Origin: Heteronotia binoei
Taxonomy: Eukaryota
Direction of reading: 5' to 3'
DNA: 64,000 nt
Assembly (NCBI RefSeq): GCF_032191835.1
Contig: NC_083223.1
Coordinates: 83,948,001-84,012,000, forward strand
Shown here: positions 37,700 through 49,900 of the stretch, piece after piece
Layout: the number at the start of each line of letters is the position of its first letter
Position numbering within the stretch: the first letter of the stretch is position 1
Translations under genes and position numbers: made by a program
Notes under the pieces: generated by a model
Database searches by the model: none
Seen by the model: the letters and a program-made list of their open reading frames with translations, nothing else
Told to the model about the DNA's origin: nothing

Positions 37700-38632
37700 T
37701 AAGGTTTCCAGGTACTCAAGTTCTGCCAGTGAGGGGTGAGAGGGAGGTGGAGCTCCACCCCCAAACAGCAGTGTCGCAGCACAACACTGTCAATGTGATG
37801 ACATCACAAGGAAGTGATGGCATCATGTTGGCAACATCACATGGGATACTCTGGTATAAGGGCAAAATTCTATGGTAAATTTGCCCTCAAACCATGATGT
37901 CATAGCTTTGGCAATTTTGCTGTTTGGGGGTGGGGTTGTCCCCTCTGGTCAGCTTGGCAGCAGTGGGAAGGAGCACATGAAATTGGGGGATCCCCTGCTC
38001 CCAAATGGGAATGAGAGGGGCAGACACATGCCTGAATTCCAAGCGGAGAATTCACTGCTTGGAGTTCAGCTCCCCACCCCTGCCTTCTTGCAAAAAGCAT
38101 TTAAAGGAACCCTTGAAGTGCAGGCATGTGGTGTGCTGGTCCCCATGATGCCATCATGTTGGGGACATCTCCCCTCTCCAGAAACACCCCCCCCCAAGTC
38201 TTCCACCAGCGATAACAAAGGACTTGGCAACCCTACTGGAGAAGGTGGGGTTTGAGGAGAGAAGGGACCTCAGAGGGGTATAATATCATAAACTCCACCC
38301 TCCAGAGCAGCCATCTCCTCCATGGGAATTTGGGTTGCCAGCCTTCAGGTGGAGGCTGGAGATCACCTGGAATTACATTTACAACTACTATTCAGATGAC
38401 AGAGATCAGTTCCCCTGGATAAAATGTCTGCTTTGCAGGGTGAACTCTGAGGCATTAAACCCTCTTGAGTTCAATTCCCCCCCCCCAAACCTCACCCTTC
38501 CAAGCCTCCATCTCCCCAAGAATTTCTCAACCTGGAACTGGCAACCCTAATGAGTGAACTGATCTCTGTAGCTGGGAGATCTGTTGTGATTCCAGGACAT
38601 TTCCAAGCCGTGCCTGGAATTTGGCAACCCTA
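37700..38632. mobile_element. Nested cluster of TAGGGTTGCCA-TIR hAT MITEs
   Basis: Elements at 37700-38235 and 38331-38549; the second interrupts a third copy that ends at 38632. Confidence 0.75.
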
Positions 38633-38894
38633 AGAGTTAAGGAAGCAGATAAGGGGAAGAGGCTATTAGGCTTTCAGGCAAGGGGAAGAGGAAATAGTGG
38701 GAGAGAAGGATATGAAATTCTGCCCACAAATCCTTGTGGGTTCCCACCTACCTTGCATATAAGTAGCAACTAAAGACTGTTCAGGACTTTCCATTTTAGA
38801 AAAAAAAAAGATAACTCCTGAGGGGTATATTGAACTATTCATCAGGTAATCAAACTGGATGTAGAGAATTCCTCCTTCTTCCAGATACTAGAAT

Positions 38895-39263
38895 TTGTTA
38901 TTGGGACACCCTGTGAAGTTGGTTGTCAGTAAATTCAAGGGGATAAGCAAAAGTACTCCACACAGCATGTTAATTAACTCACTGTTATACAATGTGTTGA
39001 TGGCTACTAGATACTTTTCAAAAAGAACTAGACAAATTAATGGACAACATAGTCTTCATTGGCTATTAGCCATGGTGGCTAATGGGGCCTCCATATTCAG
39101 AGGCAAAGTGCCAGTTCCTGTAGGGCAAGAGCAGAGAGAGGTTTTGAAGTGTGCCCCTGCTATGAGTCTTCCAGGGCACTGATGTGACTATTGTAAATGA
39201 AAAAAAGACGCTGGACTCAATAGACCATTGATCTGATGCGGCAGCATTCTTACATTCTTATGT
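38895..39263 (+). mobile_element. CR1 LINE 3' end
   Basis: CR1-type 3' region ending in gcattcttacattcttatgtt; collinear with 37090-37435. Confidence 0.8.
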
Positions 39264-40901
39264 TGTGAAATTATACCTGTGAAACTAAAAATCTTCTCAA
39301 GTTGTTTATTGAAAAATACTTCTGAAATGAGATTTCAAAACTCATTTGGCATATAATGTTGGGCACTAGCTTTTCAAGGGGTAAAAAAAAGCTAAATATT
39401 TGACTGATGTAGGACAACCAAGCTAAATATCTGATTGTGGCAAATACCTGTAGAAGTGGAATGTCACAAGCTATAAGGAATAATTTTCAATCATTAGAGG
39501 AAAATATGGTGAAAAACCCTCTAGATAAGCTACAATAGCTCTTATTGTTTTTGTTCAAATTTGCTGGTTACTTTGAACCAGTATAGGCCAGAAGCCTTTT
39601 TTCTTTTTTTGGAGTAATGGACTTGCTTGCTACAAATGATTTTTCAAACACATTCTTTCCTCCCTCTTGTTGCAAAATTGGGACAGTGTTAGTGAGACAA
39701 CTTTCTTTGTTTTAAATGTGAAATACACATTGGGTATTTGCTCTCTGACAATTTTGATACAAAGTGATGACAAAGAACAATTAGTACTTGATTATTATGC
39801 AGCAAAATGCCTTTTCCTTTCAAAATGACTGCAGAGTACAGTTCCCCCCCTCCTTGTGTGTGTTTAAATCTGATGCAGCATTGTTCTAAAAATAGTTCTG
39901 AACAGCCCACCATACTCTGTGCAAAGCAAGGCTTTGACATTCTATTCAACTTGATGCAAAAAGATTTTCCCGTCATATAAAAGGTCCTTTCCGAAATATT
40001 TAACATGATGAGTCTAGAAATGTCTTTGGACAAGATAGAAGGTTTGCTCAAGTGACCTCAACATCTTTTTAATCTTTAGATATCATTGTTCAATGTGCTT
40101 ACATGAAAACAGAAACACACTCTGGCTGCACTCATCTGTGACATCGCAGAACAAGCAAGTCAAGAAATCCATCTCTAAAAGGCTTCATTTTTTTTGAGCA
40201 TAGCTGGCTCACTATAGGATGATAAAATTCCTTTAGGGCAAAGATGAGCTACATCAAAGCAACAATATAGCCAGGCAGGCTTTGTTAGTGCATCTTCTTT
40301 TACCTTCATTACTAGCCTCATCTTGCCTTTAATTTATCCAGAAATTTCAGTAATTCCGAATCTTTTATTAGGCCTGTGTAGTCTATACAAAAATATCAAA
40401 ATACAAAGCTCTTTGGATATCAGATGATTTCTCTTTAGCTATGAATGGAATGCTTTGTGTGGATATCAGCCCCTTACAAGGGTTTTCATGCATCTTTGCT
40501 TTTACATTCTTCCCGGACCACATCATTTGGGTCTGAGTAAAAAGGACCATTACATTATTTACAAAAGCAACAGACAGAATTGTGACTAATGAATCTGGAG
40601 AGTACTCAGAAGTAAGTGCTATTGATTTCATAATATGGCATTTATTTTCAAGTAAAGTATCATATTTAAGAATTAATATAAGACTTGGAAAATAATTCCC
40701 TATTTACACTCTACTACTTAAGTACCAAGAAGAATATCTTTTCAAATACCTTTCCAAAATTTGTTAGTCTTAAAGGAGCCACTGGACTCAAACTTTGTTT
40801 TCAAATGACATCACTTATTATCATCTAAGAAACATTTAAAAGATCCCTCTGAGTGGATCTGTGCTTTACACATCATTGTTTTTGCTGCGGGTTTGCTAGT
40901 G

Positions 40902-43900
40902 TTATGTGTGAATGACACATGCAGGACCATAAATGTCTGATAACACAGGTGACATTCTAAATTCATCAGTTTGTTCTTTAGATGGCTGCTGCAGATTAAA
41001 CACTGGTGTAACTGGGAAACACAATTTTCATGTAAACTATGTACAGTTTCCTTAAACCATGGCTGCATTTAGAGTGGTCAATAGTAGTGAAAGTTTGGTT
41101 TTCAATGAATCAAGAAAGTGTGTTTAGGACAATAGCTTAAATCACCATGCCACACACTGGCGAAGTAGGATAACTGTGTAGATACCAAAGGCCTTACAAC
41201 ATCTGTATCTCAAGCGGTGATCTCCCACACCACTGGAAACTCTGCTATTGAACTGTGAAAGTTTGCAAATTCTCTTTTCATATGTCATTGGAACTGACTC
41301 ACAAGACTCTGCAGCTTTAAGGGAACATTGTCTGGGACCCACATGAATGAAGAGTTGAGAGGCTGCAGAGAATGATTTTGTCCCCTTCTCTATCCTGACT
41401 GCAGCATTCTCAATCTATGCTGGTGCCAGAATTTTGGGAATATGTGTCCTAGTGGTGGCAAACATCTGTGCTTCTATTAATTGTAGTTAGGATCCAACTC
41501 TGTTTTAGGTTCATGTTATAACATGTTTGTCATACTAGTGCCAGGATTGGCTACAGTTTCTTGTTGTCAGTACACTTGGTGGCAAATGCCTATTGCTGTG
41601 AAATGTGTCAAAAGACTTAATACAAGTATCTTTTTATCTGTATAATTCACTTAACACAGAATAAGTAATCCTTATTGCATCTAGTCAGATTTCCCATTCA
41701 TAGTTTTAGTATATGACTCAATTAGATTGAATGGGTGGTTTGCTATTGATACTAGTATGAGCAAGAGTGCACCCTGTCATCATTGTTATTATTTGAATGT
41801 GGATTTCATTTCATTTTTGACAGATGTTCTTGCAATTCTGTGTTAATCGGTATTTTGAAAATTAACTTTTAAAAAATCACCACACTTTGCCTTGTATAAA
41901 TGATCATTTTAGTTTTATTTTTTAATGGAAGGAAACCAATGCAATTTACTCCTTAGAATGCATACTTTGAATTGGAATATTAGTCAGGGGAGAGACAAGG
42001 ATAACTACATGAGAATTGGGGCTTTTGTATTTGCCATGAGAAGTTCTTTATTATAGAGTTAGGAAGAATAATTTTATATACGGTACCTATAGTACTGACT
42101 TCAGTGCAGTTAAAAGGGTGTGACTCTGTTTAGGATTGCATGGTCATCTGAGTAAAAGTGTGACTTTGCTTTGGACTGCATTGTAATATTCTTAAACAAA
42201 TAGGGAGGGTTTGGCTCCAATACATACATATGTATGCAAGTAAGACACAAAAATCAGTGACAATGCATGTGCATAATTTTGTGCAAGGTAGGAATAGAAC
42301 TAGTTATCTGATTGTTCAATGTAACATATAATCATTTTTAAAAATAAGTGATACAAGAATATATACGATTTCCCATTTATCTGGGAAAACTGAAAGAAAC
42401 TGATTTAAATTGTGATCAAAAAAAGTCGTAGCACTTATTCCAGGTTTGTTAGTCCAGAATACAAGAACAATTTTGCAAAAGCTACTGGTAGTGCTATTCA
42501 GTCTGAACATATGTACCTAGAAGAACCTGGTGGGATTTTTTTCCTTATGGGTCATCCAGTTGCAGCTGACTTGTAGCAACCCCTCAGGGTTTTTCATGGC
42601 AAGGGATGAGCAGAGGTAGTTTGCCATTGCTTTCCTGCCTCCACCAACAACACATCTCCCGTCTGCTCTCAGCCATCCCCAGGCATTGCAGTGTTTCCCT
42701 CCCACTTTCTGTTCCTCCTGAAGCTTCTAAGATTCCATCCATTTGCCCTTTACCTTCCACCTACCTGCTTCAAGCAAATTCTTTCCTTCTCTGTCCATCT
42801 AGTTGGCCTGATCCCTTTTACAGTTTTAGCTACAACAACTGTCCTCTCTGCTATCTCTACTTTCCCCCCTCTCTGAGGGCACTGCAGGATGGGTTTCACC
42901 CATATGGACACATCATACATGTCAAGCATGGTAAAATTCCCTTGGTAATTGATTGTTTTAGGGTCCTCCATAAAGCTGGCCTGTGAAATATCATGGAGGA
43001 CCAAGGTCTGTTAACTCTGTTATTCTTTCCCCCTCCCCCGTCTTACTTTATTGCTTGCAAAGTAGAAGTAGAGAGAAACGAAACTAACTTGAGAAAAAGT
43101 TATCAGTACCTTCCCATACATTCCTGTTAGGGAGTGTGACACATCTGGAAAAAGCAAGGACGGAGTCCTGATAACGCCATGAGAATGTAGACATTTATGA
43201 TAGTTTATGTGTGAGAGCGCATCCCTCGCCCCCAACTTTTGGAATCCTTTTGAAGTATGCCTTAAAAGTATTGTATCAATGTATTTTTAGCATCACTCTC
43301 AAGAATCTGTTACACTGAAAGTATCGGTCTATCAATAAACGTAGTTTTGTATCAAACCTGACTTGTCATTGAAGCCGCATGCTTGACATTGCATACATTC
43401 ATGGGGATGCACATAGTTAATTGCTTTTCTTTACATTCCCAGATGTGTCATTTTGATTTCCTTGCATTTTAGAAATCTTCCTTCCCTTCCTCCCCTTTTG
43501 TAATTGTACTCAATAAAGATTAATTAAATTAAAGGCTTCTCTCTCTCTCATATTTTCCCAAATATCATCACAAGAACACTCCTGTGTATATGCGGACTTG
43601 GGATTCCAAACCAAGTTTGGGAAGTGCATATGTAAAAGCAGGGCTTTTTTTGAGCAGGAATGCACAAGAACGCAGTTCCAGCTGGCTTGGCCAGGGCTTC
43701 AGCTAAAAGAAATGGTCTCTGGCAGAGGGAAGGCACTAGGCAGCCACACGCTCCCAAACCATGCACTCTGTCCTCTCCAGCCTCCAATGGGCTTGTGAAG
43801 ACAGCGAGAGATGCCGAGCCACCCACAAATGCCCCCTCCTGGAAGAAACTGTGCCTGCTGCTGCCTGCTCCTCTGCACATGGCTCTCTCCAGCCATGAGG

Positions 43901-46900
43901 AGATGGGGCAAAAAAAGGCTCTAATTGGGGTGTGTGAGAAAACACACCCAAGAAATGCAGCTGATGGCACTGTACTGTTCTGTGTCAATATGCAGAAAGT
44001 AACCTACTGAATGGGCAATGTCACTTCCAGTGATGTCAGGGGTGTGGCCTAATATGTAAATGAGTCCTTGCTGGGCTTTTTCTACAAATAAAGCCATTTA
44101 TAAAAACCATGCACATCTGTCCCCATGGATTACATGCTTCCTGAATAACATGCTTTTGTTAACTTCCTTCCCCTTTTATTGATAGATCAGTCATATGAGT
44201 TAGTCGTGACTGAACAGAAGAATTCCAGTAGTTTTGTATCAGCCTTTTTACTGCTGCAGATTCAGACCTGTTGGCCTTTAGGAAAAAAATAGCAGACTAT
44301 TGATGCGTTCAAATGTGAAATTACATACTGAATCAAACATTAAATTGAAGTAACAGGATATCTGTTTTCTGAAAAGAGATACAATTTTGCATGACCAATC
44401 TTGCTAAAGAGGGTAATAAAAAGGCAAATGTAAAAATTATTCTAAGTAAACTCAGAGGTGATTGAATGAAACCTTTTAATCATCTTGTGGGGCATGTAGT
44501 AACAACCTTTCCTAAATTGATAAGAACAAAACTGGTTATAGAAGCAGCAGAGGAGCAAACCTGTTAGTAAAGCAGCCCTTTGATTGGTACTGAATTTTAG
44601 AGAGTGTCAAAGGGTATGCCACTATTTAAGAGGCTAAATAAAAAGTTAGCTCTTCTATACGTGAAGGGAGAAAAAAATGAAATCTCTTTTGTTCCATCCT
44701 GTGACATTATTATGAGGACAGCATATAGAAAGAGTTGGATGAAGAACAGAGTCAGCTTATTCCTCAGCATGCATGTAAAGGCAAGTTTCTTGACTTTATA
44801 GCATAATGAGCAAGAGCAATCACCTGACATACCAACCATGAATTTCAAATATGCCTTTGTTTTATAAAGACACAACATATGTAGCAGTGTATGCAGGCCT
44901 CGGATTCAGCGGGAGCTCACAGGAGCACAGCTCCTGAACTTTTCCGAGAGTTCCACCTCCTCCTTCCCACCTTGTCCATTGACTAGTAGGTGTAGCTGCA
45001 TAACAATCCCTGGATGAGCTCCACCACCTATTTTTCTACAAAATGACCCCTGAGTGTTTGTATATCTGTCCATTTATCCACATATGCAGAATGGGAGACA
45101 GAGAGGGATGGATGGATAGTAGGCTCAGGATCCTGGAAGTCCCACATATTAAGGTGTATTATGTGTAAATAAGTGGCTGAAAAAATAGAGAGGTTTCAAA
45201 GTCTTTTGTTTAAGAACTCATCTTCAGTAACTGCTGATATTCAAACAAAAAAATTGAGCCTGTGTAATGTTGACTGAGGATGGAATTCTCAGGAGATAGA
45301 CATAAGCAAAAGAAGAAAAGTTTAGGTTAAAAGCAAAAAGAAGACCTGTGCAAACTCATAAAGGAAGGAAAATCTCATTCCTGACCACACCAGCCCGTTT
45401 TCCCTACTACTTGTTTTTGCTCTACTTGCTGGCTTACCGGGTTCCTTCCACTTGGCCCAGTCTCTTGGTCTATCTATCTCCTTTTCTACCTCGTGAGTTG
45501 TCAGGAAAGTTATTTTACTTTTAGTGGAACTGAGCTCATCTGTTGTCCAAGGCAGAGGACAAATATTCCAAAAACATCCCAAGTCCTATATTTTATTTAT
45601 TGACGTAAGAGCGAAAGACAATCACCCACTTACACAGAAGTGATTACTCCAGAGACGTTTTGGAATGGGAGTCATCTGTCCTCTCACTAGTCCAAGAACC
45701 ACTCCTTTTGTCTATTTAGAGAGTTTCAGGAGGGTAGCTATGTTGGTCTGCAGCAAAGGAGCTTAATTCAAATCCACTAGCACCTTTAAGGGAACTTTGA
45801 CTCTCAAAAGCTTATCCCCCCAAAAAAATCTTGTTGGCTACTGGTCTTAAATCTAGCTCCCTTAGTCTATTTTGTAGGCATAAATCACAGAATGGAAAGG
45901 TCTGCTTCTATCTTTTCCCTTATGACTTCCCTCCTTTTCACCCAAGAGTCAGGATACCACATTGAACAATAGGCACTGCCTTTAATTTTCACCCAGAGTT
46001 CTCCCAGCTGGAAGCTCAATGACAACACTGGTAAATGTTAGTTAGTACAGTGTACTTTTTCTTTAAACAAAGCTTTCCTTATGCTTTCCACGAGAGGAAG
46101 CAGATTGTTTGCAATGTTTATAGTATACTGTGCTCTGCCTATTGTTATGGTGACACATCATCACCTAACGTTATTTCTTCCATCTGTTTCATGTCTCTCT
46201 TTTTGTGTGTGTGACTGTGTATGCCTGCTGTTAGCTTGAAACTATTGTTTGTTTTTTTTAAGGCAGAAAAAGTGGGGAGAGAGAAAGGGAGGGGGAAGGA
46301 ATGGAAGGAGTACTGGAATTATTGTAAATGTAGAAGAGATGCTAAATCCAAAGAACTACTAGAAGATATTTGAATATCCAAAATATATTAATTGGAGGAT
46401 ATTAGCAGAAAAGGGTAATCTTACTTTGGCAAACTCACTTGTTCTGAATTTGTATTTTGGCTACTGTGAAGCCATTGGCCTGGATCTAGAGAGGCTCATA
46501 TAGAACAACATGCTATATGTGTGTATAATACTGCATGTGGAATAAGGATGCATTGTCCTATAGTCATAAGGCATGCATGTGTCCTGAGGGTCAAACCAGG
46601 GATATTTCCAGCAGTTCTGTATATAGTTCTCCCAGTTACTTAATTTTTACTGGCAAGAATGTGGGACCTAGTGTTGTAAGCACTGCACTGGCAAAACCCT
46701 GGGAGCTTTTGGGGGGCAGAGCCTGGGGAGGGGTGAGTGTTGCTTTTACTATGACATACTCTCCCAGTAGTGACATCACAACCCCTCTCCACCAATGTTC
46801 CCTCTAAGCTTCAGAGTCTTGTGAGCAAAAATTCTACTTCACGAGCTACTGGCGTTAAAGTTGTGAGCTACTGTATAAATTAGTGTAATCTGGGGTCATC

Positions 46901-49900
46901 CGTCCTGAGCTAAGATAAAAATGTATGAGCTGGAGGCTAAAAAACTGTGAGCTAGCTCATGCTAACTCAGCTTAGAGGGAACACTGCTCTCCACTGCTTT
47001 AGGGATTCTGTCATGGGTAAAGACCACAAAGATTGGGGAACTCCCTAGTGCAGGGGTGGCCAAACTGGCTTAACGTAAGAGCCAAATAGAATAAATGTCA
47101 GATATTTGAGAGCTGCAAGATATGAACATCAGATGTCTGAGCACCGCAAGAGAAGGAAGGAAGGAAAATAGATGGGGAGGTAGAAGTGGAAAGAAAGCAA
47201 CTTTAAATGCATTCTCCAAGCTGACTGACAGGGCAGAGGAAGGGGCTTCAAGAGCCACACAATGTGTGCGAAAAAGCTATACATATGGCTCCCAAGCCAC
47301 AGTTTGGTCACCCTTGCCCTAGAGCATTGGTGACAATCAGCTGGAAGTGGTATCACAGTGTTTGTAATGTTATCCTTCCTCTCATTTTTTATTGTGTTGC
47401 TGGGTCAAGTGACTGCATCTTTTTGTCCTGCAATGAAACTTGACCACCATGGGCAAGCAACTGGCTTCCCTAATGGGCTCTCCATTCAGAATGGGATCTT
47501 GTCATGTGTGCAGTTTTAAGCTCCTTCCCATTCTTTTTTCCTCACCTAAAAGTGTTCCAGAAATGGGATCACTGGGGTCATTGCCAGTCGTGAAAATGGT
47601 GCAGAGCAAGGGGCTTCACTGTCTGTATCCCATGCTGCCATCCCAATCTGAATTACTTGCTTTGGGGAGGGGAAAATGCTTGGGATGTCTATACATGGAA
47701 TTTTTGATGTGGTTTCTGATTTCGCCCTGTCACACAGCAGGGCATTCTACTGGCTGCCACCGCTCTGGTAAGGGTTTGTAAAGGAGGGCCAAGAGCACCC
47801 AAACAGCCTTGTATCTTCCTTTTTAGCAAAACCTTCTTCCTATGACCAAGGAGATGTGAGGACCCAGGCAGTTAAACAACAACAACATTTGTGGGGGCAG
47901 CACCCTCTTCCAAATCTGCCAGACATATCCTCTCTGGGTCTCCTGACCTCCCTCTCCTATTGTTTATGCTTTGTTAATCAAATTAGCATTCTCCAGTGCC
48001 CCCTCCAGGAAAAAATCCTAGATATGGGCTTCCCCCTCACTAGGCAGCTAGATCAAGTTTGAGTCTTTAGTTGCAGGGCAGCAATTAGCTTATGTTCAGG
48101 CTTCAGTTATGCACAGGACAATTGAAAGTTGTTTTCCTGTAAGGGTGGATGGATCACCTACAATCCTATGCGGAATCACACTAGTTTAAGCCAGGTAGAC
48201 AGTGAGCTAAAAATATACGTAATTTTAATAAATTATGAAAGCTGGATTTAATGGATTGAAAGTACACGTTATGTACCTTGAAAGCTTTGGAAGCAGGTGA
48301 TTTTCAGTGGAGAAGCAGAAAGGAGCACATAACCCTTTCTCTGCCTGCTGTGTATTCAGCCGAAATCATTTACTTACAACTTACATTTAGATGTCTGAAG
48401 GGGTTTGGAGTGGAACAGTAGCCAGCAGGGGAAGGGATAAGCATCTTTCTCTTCTGCTCCTTCTCCACCTAACATTACCTGCTCCTGAAGCTGCTTTTCC
48501 TGAGGAGGCTTTTATTGAGTGTTACTTGTAGTTCAACCCTATGTTACACCAACAGTATTTAACTACATCTTGGAAAAGCATACGTAGGCATGAATGAATA
48601 ATACTGTGTGTATTTTGTGTGCTAGGAAATGAGGTTTCATTGCTGCACAGGTTGTATTTTTGCACTGAGCCAAATGAGACGAACTGCAAACCGATAGGCT
48701 GCAATCTTCCCTAGTATGTATCTCACAATAAAAAGTTCAAGAAATCAAAGAGCTGTGTATTGTGTAGGCACCCACAGTGCTGCTCATGGTTGATGATGAC
48801 TAATCCTTTAATAGTTTATTTGTCAACAAAGCTGCAGAAAGGATTTATTCTGCATGACAAAGGCAGTTCTACATGCATTCACAGTACTCAATAGATGGAG
48901 CCTCCATGTCAAGCAACAGTACACTAATTCTGAAGTACAAAGAGATTCAAAATGTGTGTGTGTGTGCATGCATGCATGTGTAGAGAGAGCTGATGAGACA
49001 ATGTTCATTCCTTATTTGCTTTCCTTAGATCCAGAGCTGGATTTTTTATTTGGTGCAGAGTGGTAAAGCTGCAGTACTTCAGTCAAACTCTCTGCTCATG
49101 AACTGAGTTTGATTCTGGTGGAAGCTGGGTTCAGATAGCTGGCTCAAGGTTGACTCAACCTTCCATCCTTTTGAGGTCGGTAAAATGAGTACCCAGCTTG
49201 CTGGGGGGAAGTGTAGATGACTGGGGAAGGCAATGGCAAACCACCCCATAAAAAGTCTGCCGTGAAAATGTGAAAGCAACGTCACCCCAGAGTCGAAAAT
49301 TACTGGTGCTTGCACAAGGGACTATCTTTACCTTCTTTTTTTAAAAAAAAACCAGCTTAAAGTACAAAAAAGGTGTTGCAAGCAGAGGGAAAATAATTGC
49401 TTTCAGACCCACCCACCCCCAATGAAAACAAATAATCAGCTGGAGAATAAAAAAACGTACTAGTGGATTATTTTTTTAAGGATTGTTGTTTTCAATATGG
49501 TTTGATTAAAGGAAAAGTTCACATTTATTAGAAGTAGGGCAATGATGTCAGTATGACACTTGTCACCAAAAGAAAAGAGAGTTGGATTCAGATTTAGGCA
49601 TTTCCCCCACAAGGAAATAAGGAATTTGTTATCTCCCCCCCCCCCCCCAAATTAATTTCCTTTCCCTCTTAGACCTTTAAAAAAGCCTTTTTCCTTTTTG
49701 CAGCTGAGCTGCGCTGTACTGCTACAAGGAAAAATGAGCTTGTCCAGGTCACAGGAGCCTGGTGAGATTAGTATCATGCTCATATTGTTGCACTTGTGTG
49801 ATGGGTGGAAGGGAGAGGAATGGACAGTGGGGACAGCAACATCAGGGGTATGCACATGAACAAGGGTGCATGGGCCCCCATTCCTACCCACTGCCATGCT

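Noticed and set aside
39689-40051. 120-aa minus-strand ORF / pseudogene-like plus-strand frame
   Set aside because: Non-ATG start, no splice support, an internal stop in the plus frame and no recognisable homology.
45634-45711. 78-nt minus-strand exon candidate (TKGVVLGLVRGQMTPIPKRLWSNHFC)
   Set aside because: Open only in phase 0. It joins the next exon in frame only through a 48-nt intron, which is implausibly short.
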